In this document: positions 17,320 to 26,195 of the stretch, in pieces
How positions within the stretch are numbered: position 1 is the stretch's first letter
Layout of the letters: the number at the start of each line of letters is the position of its first letter
NCBI GenBank assembly: GCA_016713535.1
Contig: JADJOY010000008.1
Location: 212,580-276,579, forward strand
Direction of reading: 5' to 3'
DNA length: 64,000 nt
Source: Deltaproteobacteria bacterium
GTDB lineage: Bacteria > JADJOY01
Notes under the pieces: generated by a model
Databases searched by the model: none
The model's input: only the letters and a program-made list of their open reading frames with translations
Told to the model about the DNA's origin: nothing
Made by a program: the position numbers and the translations under genes

Positions 17320-18625
17320 TCAGCGGGTCGGGTCCTCGTGGAAGTGGGACGGCTCTTTGTTGGCGAGCCGGGAGCGGGCCTGCGACGCGGCGCGTTTGCC
17401 GCTCAGGTACGCGGCCTCGACGGTCGCGGCGATCGGCGAGCTCTCGGTGGCAGAGCCGGCCCAGAAGAGCGCACCGGTGTCGGGCGCGGCGAGATCGCGC
17501 CGCGCACCGACGCCGCCGGGACGGAGGAACGTGTAGCCGCCGAGCGCGAAGGGGTCGGTCGACCAGTCGATGCGCTTGAAGCCGGTGAGCAGGTCCTTGG
17601 GCTTTGCAGCCGGGAAGTGGCGCACCAGGTCGGTCGCGACCAGCTCGAGCGCCGCCTTGTCGTCGAGAGAGGCGACGTGCGCCGCGCGCGGCCCCGTGAA
17701 GTAGGCAGTCAGCACCGGCCAGCGCCGGGGCGCCCCGTAGAAGACGTTCCAGAACAGCGTCACCGGGCCCACCGCGCAGGCGAGGGTGTTCATGGCGTCG
17801 GGCCAGAACGGCTCGCGGAAGCGCAGCAGGAGCTTGCTGACGGGGCCCATGACGATGCGCTCGAGGGCGCTCCTCTTGGTAGCGGGGAGCTCGGGCTCGA
17901 AGCGGATATTGCCCGACTTGAGCACCCCCACCGGCAGGGTGGTGATCGCCGTACGCGCCTCGATCTCCTCGCCGGAGACGCCGCGGACCGTGACCTGCTC
18001 GCGGCGGAAGCGGATCGACTCGACGACGAAGCCGTGCTGCACGTCGAGGGGTTTGCCCATGTGCTGGATCACCGCGTCGTAGCCCGAGGCGACGCGGTGG
18101 TTCACGCCGCTCTCGAGGTGGACGACGCCGTCGTCGACGAGCCCGAGCAGGCCGACCTCGTCCAGGCTCGCGGGCAGGTGAGCGGTGAGCACCATCGATG
18201 CGAGCGCGCGGCCGCGGCCGCGGTAGCCCTTGCGATCGAGGAACTCGCGGCCCCGAGATGTCGGGCGGACGGACGCGGCGGATCTGGTGGAGGATCGGGA
18301 AGGTCGGCCAGATCTCGGGGTGCAGGAGGATCAGCGGCAACCAGTTGGTCTTGCCGCCGACGTTGAACATGAAGCCCTTCATGTTGGGGGTGGGACGGGT
18401 GGCGACACCCGCGGCGCGGACGTCGGGCCAGGTCGCGGCCCCCACGCCGTGCACGAACTCGGCGCCCGCCTCGACCGGATCCGAGACCAGGTCCCGGATC
18501 GACCACACCCGCCCCCCGACGCGGTCACGCGCTTCCAGCACTCGCACCGAGAGCCCGTGCTGTGCGAGGTCGCGTGCCGCCGCGATCCCGGCCATCCCGG
18601 CGCCAATCACCACCGCATCCAGCAT
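17320..18625 (-). CDS. FAD-dependent amine oxidase (flavin-containing) with an apparent frameshift near 18200-18240
   Basis: The N-terminus in one frame reads MLDAVVIGAGMAGIAAARDLAQHGLSVRVLEARDRVGGRVWS... (GxGxxG plus the amine-oxidase signature). The C-terminus in another frame reads ...TGALFWAGSATES...AATVEAAYLSGKRAA. Neither frame is complete on its own. Confidence 0.7.
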
Positions 18626-18735
18626 TCGTGTCCCTCACGGATCGAAAGCGCAACGCATATCCCACCGGCCCGCCGCGCTTCAACAACATTCGTCTCCGGA
18701 GCGCGCCTAGCTCGAGGTGGGGTTATGTTCCGCAC

Positions 18736-19485
18736 ATGGCCCGGCGAGGCGCGCGCGCGAGGCTCGCGTGGGGGATGGTGGCGGTGCTGGTGACGGCCGA
18801 GATGGGCGCGGCGGCCGGCTCGAGCTCCTCGACGGCGAAGCCGAGCGGCCCGTCGAGCGCCACCCCGGTCCGCAAGCGAGAGCCCGCGAGCACGACCAAG
18901 CCCGCCACGGCGAAGCCGGCTGTGCGCACCGGTGCCTCCCCCTCCGAGCTCAGGGCGGAGTCGGTGGTGGCGACCACCACCGCCGCCGAGCTCGAGCAGC
19001 GCCTCGGGCGCGCCGCGCGCGCCCCGGAGGCGGTCTTCGAGGTGCCGGGAACCGAGTGGCGGCTCAGGATCGCGTCGCTGGCGGTGGCCATCACGAGTGG
19101 GGACGTGGTCATCTCGCTGGTGCCGGATCCCGACGTGGGCACGATCCGGATCCGCGGTCGCCCGAGCCTGGTGGGCCGGAACGCGTGGCGCGCCGAGCGC
19201 CTCCGGATCTCGGTGGATACGCCGATCCTCGCCGAGCAGCTCGAGACCTGGATCGGCCAGCAGATCCGCGGCACCGAGCCGCGCTCGCTGGACGCGATCT
19301 TCGGCCCCAGCGCTACCTTCACGAGCACGCTCGCCGAGGGCGCGGCCCGGCCGCGGGTGCTGCCGCTCGTGAGCGAGATCCGCGCCGGCCGCCTCGAGCC
19401 GCAGTCGCTCTCCGTCGAGGGCGCGGCGATCCGCCTCGCCGCCGAGCTCAAGCCGGATGCGCCGGCTGCCGCGCCCGGGCGCTGA
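18736..19485 (+). CDS. Hypothetical secreted/anchored protein
   Basis: MARRGARARLAWGMVAVLVTAEMGAAAG is a signal-like N-terminus. The remainder is moderately complex with no recognizable domain. It is divergent from the amine oxidase. Confidence 0.45.
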   Translation: MARRGARARLAWGMVAVLVTAEMGAAAGSSSSTAKPSGPSSATPVRKREPASTTKPATAKPAVRTGASPSELRAESVVATTTAAELEQRLGRAARAPEAVFEVPGTEWRLRIASLAVAITSGDVVISLVPDPDVGTIRIRGRPSLVGRNAWRAERLRISVDTPILAEQLETWIGQQIRGTEPRSLDAIFGPSATFTSTLAEGAARPRVLPLVSEIRAGRLEPQSLSVEGAAIRLAAELKPDAPAAAPGR

Positions 19486-19521
19486 GCCCGGCGGCGCCGC
19501 GGGATCGATCGTCCGACCGCG

Positions 19522-20667
19522 TCACACGATGCAGGGTGTCGGCGCGTCCAGGACGGTGCTCGCGACCAGCTCCTCGAGGTAGCGCGTGTCCCACCACGAG
19601 AGCTGCCAGTGCTTGGCGCGCCGGAAGAAGAGCTGGATGTCGTGCTCGATGGTGAAGCCGATGCCGCCGTGGACCTGCTCGGCCTTGGCGGTGACGTCGC
19701 GGAACATCTGGCACGCGAAGAGCTTGGCCATGGGGGCCAGACGCTCGATCGGCCGCCCGGTTGCGCGCGCCCACGCGGCCTCGTAGACCAGCGTACGGCC
19801 GCCGCTCACCAGCGTCGCGCAGTCGGCGAGGTAGTGGGCGATCGCCATGAAGGCACCGATCGGCTTGCCGAACTGCTCGCGGATCTTGGCGTAGTGGTTG
19901 GTCATCTCGAGGGCGCGCTCGGCGCCGCCCGCCGCCTGCGCGGCAAGGTAGATGATTCCCTCGAGGAGCGTGTCGCTCCAGGTCTTCCAGCCGCTGCCGG
20001 CGGCGCCGATGCGGTCCGCGGTGGACACCCGCACGTTGCTGAAGGTGACCTGGTACTGGCAGTCGGAGCCGAGGGTCTTCTGCTGGGTGAGGGTGACGCC
20101 AGGCGCCTTGGGATCGACCAGCACGAGATCGATCGCATCGGGAGCGTCGCCGGTGCGGACGAGCACGAGAAGGCGGGTGGCGGACGACGCGAACTGGACG
20201 TGGCGCTTGGTGCCGTCGAGGACCAGCGAGCCGCCATCGGCCTTCGCGCGCAGCGCGACACCCTTGGGGCCGTAGCCGCGGTCGGGCTCGAGCCAGGCGG
20301 GGGTGAGGATCACCTCGCCGGACGCGATCTTCGGCAGCCACGCCTTCTTCTGCTCGTCCGAGCCCGCGCGCAGGATCGCCCCCGCGCTCGCGACACAGCT
20401 CACGAAGTGGGGCGACGGCGCCAGCGAGCGGCCGAACTCCTCGTACACCACGACACCTTCGATCGCCGACTGGCCGGCGCCTCCGTAGGCCTCGGGCAAG
20501 GTGAGCCCGAGGACGCCGAGCTCGCCGAGCTTCGCCCACAGCTCGGGCGAGTAGCCGGTGGGATCGTCCTCCAGGGTGCGCAGGGTCGCGAGGGTGGCGT
20601 ACTGGTCGCACACGCCGCGCACCATGTCGCGCAGCATGTTCTGCTCGTCGTTGAATTCCAGATCCAT
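19522..20667 (-). CDS. Acyl-CoA dehydrogenase
   Basis: 381 aa: ...YGGAGQSAIEGVVVYEE...VLDGTKRHVQFAS...QVHGGIGFTIEHDIQLFFRRAK shows ACAD family hallmarks. Confidence 0.9.
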   Translation of the reverse strand: MDLEFNDEQNMLRDMVRGVCDQYATLATLRTLEDDPTGYSPELWAKLGELGVLGLTLPEAYGGAGQSAIEGVVVYEEFGRSLAPSPHFVSCVASAGAILRAGSDEQKKAWLPKIASGEVILTPAWLEPDRGYGPKGVALRAKADGGSLVLDGTKRHVQFASSATRLLVLVRTGDAPDAIDLVLVDPKAPGVTLTQQKTLGSDCQYQVTFSNVRVSTADRIGAAGSGWKTWSDTLLEGIIYLAAQAAGGAERALEMTNHYAKIREQFGKPIGAFMAIAHYLADCATLVSGGRTLVYEAAWARATGRPIERLAPMAKLFACQMFRDVTAKAEQVHGGIGFTIEHDIQLFFRRAKHWQLSWWDTRYLEELVASTVLDAPTPCIV

Positions 20668-20766
20668 CCGGTACCTCTCGCGTTGCTCTGGCGCGGCCGG
20701 TCCCTCGGCCGCCGCCGTTTCGTTGGACCGCCGCGAGGGACCGCGGTCGGTCAGCCGGTCAGCGAA

Positions 20767-21249
20767 TCACGGCTTCCACTGGGCTCCCTCGCGGGTCCAG
20801 GGGTTGTCGCTCGCGGTGGCGGGGAGCGCGACCCGCACCTTGCACTCCGTCATGAGCTTCTCGCCGACGCCGAGCTTCACGTCGAGGCTCGCCCAGCCGC
20901 AGCCCACGTCGTCGGTCTCGACCTTCTCGACCGTGGCGCGGAACACCATACGATCGCCCGGGAACACCGAGTCCTTCATGCGGAACTTCATGCGGCCGAT
21001 GCGCCCGTGAGGCCCGGTCCAGTCGGTGACGTAGCGCTCGAACCAGGCGGCCTGGTTGGGCGTGTTGAGGAAGATGTCCTGCACGCCGTTGCGGTTCACC
21101 GCGAAGTCCTTGTCGTGGTGCATGGGGCGGAAGTCGCGGGTGGCGAGGGCGCCGAGGACCACGGTGGTGGCGCTGACGTCGAAGGCGAGCTCGGGGACGA
21201 CGTCGCCGGCCCGGACGCGATCGAGGGTGAGCTTCACGGGCGTGGTCAT
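20767..21249 (-). CDS. MaoC-like (R)-specific enoyl-CoA hydratase, hot-dog fold (ChsH2-like partner)
   Basis: MTTPVKLTLDRVRAGDVVPELAFDVSATTVVLGALATRDFRPMHHDKDFA... is a MaoC dehydratase. A 4-bp overlap with the upstream hot-dog gene. Confidence 0.8.
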   Translation of the reverse strand: MTTPVKLTLDRVRAGDVVPELAFDVSATTVVLGALATRDFRPMHHDKDFAVNRNGVQDIFLNTPNQAAWFERYVTDWTGPHGRIGRMKFRMKDSVFPGDRMVFRATVEKVETDDVGCGWASLDVKLGVGEKLMTECKVRVALPATASDNPWTREGAQWKP

Positions 21250-21761
21250 CGGTTCCCCCGTCGATAGCCGAGGCCGGTGTAGATCTCCTTGCCGACCATC
21301 GTGCCGTCCTGGTTGAAGTACTCGACGTCGATCACCCAGAAGCGCCCGAGGCCGAGCTTGGTCTGCTTCAGGTCGCTCACGGAGCGCAGCACCTGGTGGG
21401 CGCGCAGGTGGTCGCCGGGGCGGATCGGCGCGTAGAAGATGACCTCGTTGTCGGTCATCACCGCCTCGGGCAGCTCGAGCCTCTCCTTGAGGTCGAAGTG
21501 GATCTGCAGCGGCAGGCGCTGCTTGGTGCGTCCGGGCGCCCAGTGGTGAGGGCGGAACCACACCGACATCATGGTGGGCGGAGTCATGAGGCCGCCGGTG
21601 ATCTCGCGGGCCACGGCCTCGTCCCAGAAGAGTGGGTTGCCGTTCTGGGTGGAGGAGCAGCTCGAGTAGACGTAGCCCTTCTCGACCTCGAACTCGGGCT
21701 CTTCCTCGTAGCGGACCTGGTCGATCCAGCCCTTCACTTCGTCGGGTAGCGGCTCGGACAT
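21246..21761 (-). CDS. Hot-dog fold dehydratase N-terminal-type subunit (ChsH1-like partner)
   Basis: 171 aa, ...NPLFWDEAVAREITGGLMTPPTMMSVWFRP...; a hot-dog family protein paired with the downstream MaoC gene. Confidence 0.75.
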   Translation of the reverse strand: MSEPLPDEVKGWIDQVRYEEEPEFEVEKGYVYSSCSSTQNGNPLFWDEAVAREITGGLMTPPTMMSVWFRPHHWAPGRTKQRLPLQIHFDLKERLELPEAVMTDNEVIFYAPIRPGDHLRAHQVLRSVSDLKQTKLGLGRFWVIDVEYFNQDGTMVGKEIYTGLGYRRGNR

Positions 21762-21808
21762 CGTGATCTCCGGTCAGCGGCGGAACGGGTGGGCGAAGGC
21801 TTCGATCG

Positions 21809-22951
21809 TCATTCGACCGCGCCCGCGGCGCGCAGCTCCGCGATGCGCTCGGGCGTGACGCCGGCGGCGGCCAGAAGGGCGTCGGAGTCGGTCTCGGTGG
21901 CGGCGCGAGCGGCGTGCGGCGGGAGCTCCTCGCGCCCGCCGGCGAGGACCTCGCTCACCTGACGGAAGGCGCCGCGCTCGGGGTGCCGGGCCTGGACGAA
22001 GGCGCGACGGGCAACGAACTGATCGTCCTCGGCGACCTCGGGGATGGTGCTCACCGGCGCGACACAGGTGTCCTTGGCGGCGAGCTCGGCGATCCACGCG
22101 TCGCGATCGCGGGTGGCGAAGGCGGCGCGGAACGCGGCGCGGATGTCCTCTTGCTTCGCGTCGTCGAGCTGGTGCGGGATCCACTCGGCGCAGCCGAGGA
22201 GCTTGCAGAGGTTGGCGAAGAACGCGGGCTCGATCGCGCCCACCGAGAGCCAGCGGCCGTCGGCGCAGGCGTAGACGTCGTAGCAGGCGTAGCGGCCGGT
22301 GAGGATGTCGCCGCCGGGGCCGGGCTCCTCGCCGGTGGCGAGGAAGCGATCGACGTGGAGCGACATGAGGTGGAGGACGCCGTCGGCGACCGAGACGTCG
22401 AGCCACGCGCCCGCGCCGCTGCGCTCGCGCTGGAGGAGCGCGGCGAGGATCGCGATGACCGCGTGCATGCCCCCCGCGGCGCTGTCGGCGACGGTGGCGC
22501 CGGGGATCGCGGGGCCACCGTCCTCGCGCCGTCCTGAGCAGTGAAGGAACCCGCCGACGGCGAGATAGTTGATGTCGTGGCCGGCCCAGGTCGCGCGCGG
22601 CCCGTCCTGGCCGTAGCCGCTCGTCGAGCACAGGATCGCGCGCGGGTTCACGGCGCGGAGCGCCTCCCAGCCGATGCCGAGGCGCGCCACCACGCCGGGC
22701 CGGTAGCTCTCGATCACGACGTCGGCCTTCGCGGCCAGCGCGAGGAACGCCTCCTTGCCCTCGGCAGCCTTGAGGTCGATGCGGACGCGCTTCATGCCGC
22801 GCCCGGCGCCGTAGGAGAAGAAGGGAGGTTCGATCTGCACCGAACCCTTCTTCGCGGTCGGGCTCACCTTCACGACGGTCGCGCCGTAGTCGGCGAGGAT
22901 CCGCGAGGCGCGCGCCGCCGGACCGACGCTCGCCAGGTCGAGCACCGTCAC
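21809..22951 (-). CDS. Family III CoA-transferase (CaiB/BaiF/Frc family)
   Basis: MTVLDLASVGPAARASRILADYGATVVKVSP...IESYRPGVVARLG...CSTSGYGQDGP shows the family III motifs. The true start may be slightly upstream. Confidence 0.85.
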   Translation of the reverse strand: MTVLDLASVGPAARASRILADYGATVVKVSPTAKKGSVQIEPPFFSYGAGRGMKRVRIDLKAAEGKEAFLALAAKADVVIESYRPGVVARLGIGWEALRAVNPRAILCSTSGYGQDGPRATWAGHDINYLAVGGFLHCSGRREDGGPAIPGATVADSAAGGMHAVIAILAALLQRERSGAGAWLDVSVADGVLHLMSLHVDRFLATGEEPGPGGDILTGRYACYDVYACADGRWLSVGAIEPAFFANLCKLLGCAEWIPHQLDDAKQEDIRAAFRAAFATRDRDAWIAELAAKDTCVAPVSTIPEVAEDDQFVARRAFVQARHPERGAFRQVSEVLAGGREELPPHAARAATETDSDALLAAAGVTPERIAELRAAGAVE

Positions 22952-22994
22952 GCCCCTCGAGCCGAACCAGCGAGCCGGTCATGGGGCCGCGCCT

Positions 22995-23075
22995 CCCCGG
23001 CGTGAAGGGCGCGACGGTCGGGCTCGCGGGGGGACGGAGCCCCCCGCGCTACGAACGGCGCCGTAGCGACGGGGG
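22995..23075. repeat. REPIN-like doublet (gcgggggg-acggag-cccccgc-gCTACg ... cGTAGc-gacggggg-ttccat-cccccgtc)
   Basis: Two inverted GTAG-anchored palindromes separated by about 10 bp, in the gap between the CoA-transferase start and the ACAD stop. Confidence 0.6.
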
Positions 23076-23140
23076 TTCCATCCCCCGTCGCCTGGTGCAC
23101 GAGGCAGATCGGTCGAAGTCATGGAGGCCGCTCGGTTCAC

Positions 23141-24322
23141 TCAGTAATTCCTCGGAAGCCCCAGCCCGCGCCGCGCGATGATGTTTTTCTGGATCTCCGA
23201 CGCGCCGCCGCCGATGGTGTCGATCACCGTGTAGCGGTAGGTCTTCTCGGCGCGGCCCTTCATGGGGGCCTCCTCGGTGCCGACGCGGAGCTGGCTGCCG
23301 GGACTCGCGAGGTCCATCGAGGCGTCGGCGACGCGCTTCGAGAGCTCGGTGGCGTAGAGCTTGTACGTCGAGGCCTCGACGGTGGGCGGCGCTCCGCCCC
23401 GCATCGCGGCGCTCACGAATTTGAGGCCGAGGACGCGTGCGACCTCGGTCTGGGTGACGAGCTGGGCGATCTGGCTGCGCACCAGCGGATCGGCGCTGAG
23501 CGGTTCGTCGTCGCGGGTGGCGGTACGCGCCCACTCGCACAGCACCTCGACGCGCGCCTGGATCGGCGCGAACGTGAACATCGTGAAGCGCTCGAGGTCG
23601 AGCGCCTCCGAGATGTACTGGAAGCCCTTGCCGAGCTCGCCCACGCGATAGTCGTCTCCCACGTACACGTCGTCGAAGAACACCTGGTTGGTGATCTCGT
23701 CGCCGATGGTGGGCATCGACTGGACGGTGAGGCCCTTGGCCTTCATCGGCAGCAGGAAGAGCGTGATGCCGGCGTGCTTGGGGGCGTCCGGGTTGGTACG
23801 CGCGCCCACCCAGTACCAGTCGGCGAAGTGGGCCGAGGTGGTGAAGATCTTCTGCCCGTTGAGGCGCCAGCCCTCAGCATCGCGCACCGCGCGGAGCTGC
23901 ATGTTGGCGGCGTCGGAGCCCGCCTCCGGCTCGCTGTACCCGATCGCGAACTCGACCTCGTTGCGCAGGATCTTGGGCAGGAACTCGCCCTTGAGCTTGG
24001 CGCTGCCGTGGCGGATCAGGGTCTTGCCGATGATACCGACGCCCTTGCCGATCTGCGGCGCACCGCGCCCCGCGAGACGCTCGTTCAGGAGGTACTCGTA
24101 GACGCCGCTCTGCTCCGAGCCGCCGTGCTCCCTGGGCCAGGTGAGACCGAGCCAGCCGCGGTCGGCGATCTTGCGCATGAACGCGCGCCGCGGCGGCGTG
24201 TCGACGAGCTGCGCCATGTTCTCGCGCGTGACGTCCATGACCTCGGGATCGCGGTTCTCGTCGAGGAACCGGTCCACGTCCGCGAGGAAGTCGTGCTCTG
24301 CGTCGGTGAAGGCGAAGTCCAC
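23141..24322 (-). CDS. Acyl-CoA dehydrogenase
   Basis: 393 aa: ...WLGLTWPREHGGSEQSGVYEYLLNERLA...GYSEPEAGSD...GGGASEIQKNIIARRGLGLP is canonical for ACADs. Confidence 0.9.
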   Translation of the reverse strand: MDFAFTDAEHDFLADVDRFLDENRDPEVMDVTRENMAQLVDTPPRRAFMRKIADRGWLGLTWPREHGGSEQSGVYEYLLNERLAGRGAPQIGKGVGIIGKTLIRHGSAKLKGEFLPKILRNEVEFAIGYSEPEAGSDAANMQLRAVRDAEGWRLNGQKIFTTSAHFADWYWVGARTNPDAPKHAGITLFLLPMKAKGLTVQSMPTIGDEITNQVFFDDVYVGDDYRVGELGKGFQYISEALDLERFTMFTFAPIQARVEVLCEWARTATRDDEPLSADPLVRSQIAQLVTQTEVARVLGLKFVSAAMRGGAPPTVEASTYKLYATELSKRVADASMDLASPGSQLRVGTEEAPMKGRAEKTYRYTVIDTIGGGASEIQKNIIARRGLGLPRNY

Positions 24323-24367
24323 GGCGGCCCCCGGAGATCCTGTGGCAAGCGTCTCTGTTCGACCCGC

Positions 24368-24790
24368 TCAGGGAACGACGAAGCTCATGGCGCCCTCGAC
24401 GGCGACGGCGCCAGCCTGATTGGTGCACACCAGCTCGACGTCCACGCACCGCTCGCCGTTCGCCTCGTACTTGCGGGCGACCTTGCCCGAGCAGGTGATG
24501 AGGTCGCCGGGGAATAGCGGCGTCTTCCAGCGCACCTTGGTGCGACGCACGTTCTCGGGGCCGAGCCAGTTGGTGGCGTAGGTGTTGAGCACGCCGGCCT
24601 GATACATGCCGACCACCAGCGGGCGGGTGAAGCCGGACGCCTGCGCGAAGTCGACGTCGTGGTGGATCGGATTGAAGTCACCCGAGGCGCCCTGATACCG
24701 CACCACGTCGGTCAAGGTGATGGGGCCGACGGTCCAGGGCTCCGGTCCCTGGCCCTCGACGAGGCTCTCCCACGCGATGGCCGACGTCAT
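24368..24790 (-). CDS. MaoC-like enoyl-CoA hydratase, hot-dog fold
   Basis: MTSAIAWESLVEGQGPEPWTVGPITLTDVVRYQGASGDFNPIHHDVDFAQASGF... A 4-bp ATGA overlap with the upstream hot-dog gene. Confidence 0.8.
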   Translation of the reverse strand: MTSAIAWESLVEGQGPEPWTVGPITLTDVVRYQGASGDFNPIHHDVDFAQASGFTRPLVVGMYQAGVLNTYATNWLGPENVRRTKVRWKTPLFPGDLITCSGKVARKYEANGERCVDVELVCTNQAGAVAVEGAMSFVVP

Positions 24791-25245
24791 CAGCCGCCCT
24801 CCTCGGGGTTCTTCGCGGTCTCGACGCCGGTGAGACGCGCCTCGGCCACCAGGTTGCCGGCTTCGTCGCGGTACTCGGTGACCATCACCGCGAACGTCAT
24901 GGTTCCCCCGCGCTTGCCCTGCTTCTCGAAGATCTTCTCGATCCGCGAGGTGCCGATGAGCCGCGTGCCGGCCCGGGGCGGTGGCCCGTGGAACACGAAC
25001 TCCTGCTCGGCGTGCATGCCGCGCTTCGGGTCCATCCGCACCTTTTCCCACGGGTTGCTGCCGGGGACGCGGGTCTCCCAGAAGAACGCGGTGGTGAGAA
25101 AGGTGGGCGGGCAGGCCGGATGGTGGCCCTCGAAGTGAGCGGGGTGCGTCGACTTCGTCGCGGTCGCGAACTCGTGGATCTTGCCGCGCTCGACGTCGAG
25201 CGCGAAGGGAACGCCGGTCTCGCCGAGTGCCGCCTTGTCGACCAT
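24790..25245 (-). CDS. Hot-dog fold dehydratase N-terminal-type subunit
   Basis: 151 aa: MVDKAALGETGVPFALDVERGKIHEFATATKSTHPAHFEG... pairs with the downstream MaoC gene. This is the second copy of the module. Confidence 0.75.
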   Translation of the reverse strand: MVDKAALGETGVPFALDVERGKIHEFATATKSTHPAHFEGHHPACPPTFLTTAFFWETRVPGSNPWEKVRMDPKRGMHAEQEFVFHGPPPRAGTRLIGTSRIEKIFEKQGKRGGTMTFAVMVTEYRDEAGNLVAEARLTGVETAKNPEEGG

Positions 25246-25303
25246 GGATCGCCTCGCTGCCGCCTTCTCGGTCGCGGGTCGCGCGCGCGGCGCGGCCCGA
25301 GCC

Positions 25304-26086
25304 TCAGGGATGCTGACTGCTCACCGCGACGCACTCGCCGGTCATGTAGCTCGACAGGTCGCTGGCCAGGAACATCATCACGTTCGCCACTTCCCAGGGC
25401 TCGGCACCGCGGCCGAACGCTTCCTTCTGCTCGAGCTCCTCGAGCAGCCCGTCGGGCATCACCTTGGTCAGGAACTTGTGGGTGGCGAGGCTCGGCGCGA
25501 CCGCGTTCACACGAACGCCGTGCTCCGCCGCCTCCAGGGCGACGCAGCGGGTGAGCGCCATCACGCCCGCCTTCGCGGCGGCGTAATGGGCCTGGCGCTC
25601 CTGGGCGCGCCAGCCGAGGACGGACGCGTTGTTCACGACGGCTCCGGTGCCGCGCCGGTACATGTGCGGCAACATCGCCCGTAACATGCGGAAGGTGCCG
25701 GTCAACGTGATGCCGATCACCGCGTTCCACTGATCGTCGGTCATCTCGACGATCGGCGCGTTGCCGCCGAGGCCGGCGTTGTTGATCAGTACGTCGACGT
25801 GGCCGAGCTCCGCGACGGCGGCGTCCACCAGGGCTCGCACCTGCGCTTCCTCGGCGACGTTGCAGAGCGCGGTGGGCGGTCGTCGCCCGGTGAGGCGCTC
25901 GAGCTCCGCCGCGGCTTCACCGAGACGGCGCTCGTGGATGTCGCTGATCATCACCGTGGCGCCCTCTTCGGACGCGCGGCGGGCGGCGGCGAAGCCGATC
26001 CCGGTGCCCGCCGCGGCGGTCACCAGGACGTTCTTTCCGGCGAGCAGCGCGTGGCCGGTGGGATAGGGCGGCGGCTTGACGGTCAT
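25304..26086 (-). CDS. SDR family NAD(P)-dependent oxidoreductase
   Basis: The motifs VLVTAAAGTGIGFAAARR, NNAG and YAAAKAG are the SDR signatures. Confidence 0.85.
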   Translation of the reverse strand: MTVKPPPYPTGHALLAGKNVLVTAAAGTGIGFAAARRASEEGATVMISDIHERRLGEAAAELERLTGRRPPTALCNVAEEAQVRALVDAAVAELGHVDVLINNAGLGGNAPIVEMTDDQWNAVIGITLTGTFRMLRAMLPHMYRRGTGAVVNNASVLGWRAQERQAHYAAAKAGVMALTRCVALEAAEHGVRVNAVAPSLATHKFLTKVMPDGLLEELEQKEAFGRGAEPWEVANVMMFLASDLSSYMTGECVAVSSQHP

Positions 26087-26093
26087 GACGAAA

Positions 26094-26107
26094 ATAGAAC
26101 ACGTTTC
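26094..26107. promoter_or_regulatory. KstR-type operator TAGAACACGTTTCA (TnnAACnnGTTnnA) in the divergent SDR / LLM-P450 promoter region
   Basis: Second exact match to the KstR consensus, located between two divergently transcribed catabolic operons. Confidence 0.6.
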
Positions 26108-26195
26108 ACTTCGGCGCCGCGAGTGTAGTGACCGCCCCAGACGGTGTAAAGACGGCGCCTCGCGTGAGCGTCACGCGCATCGAGGAGCAGGGCTC

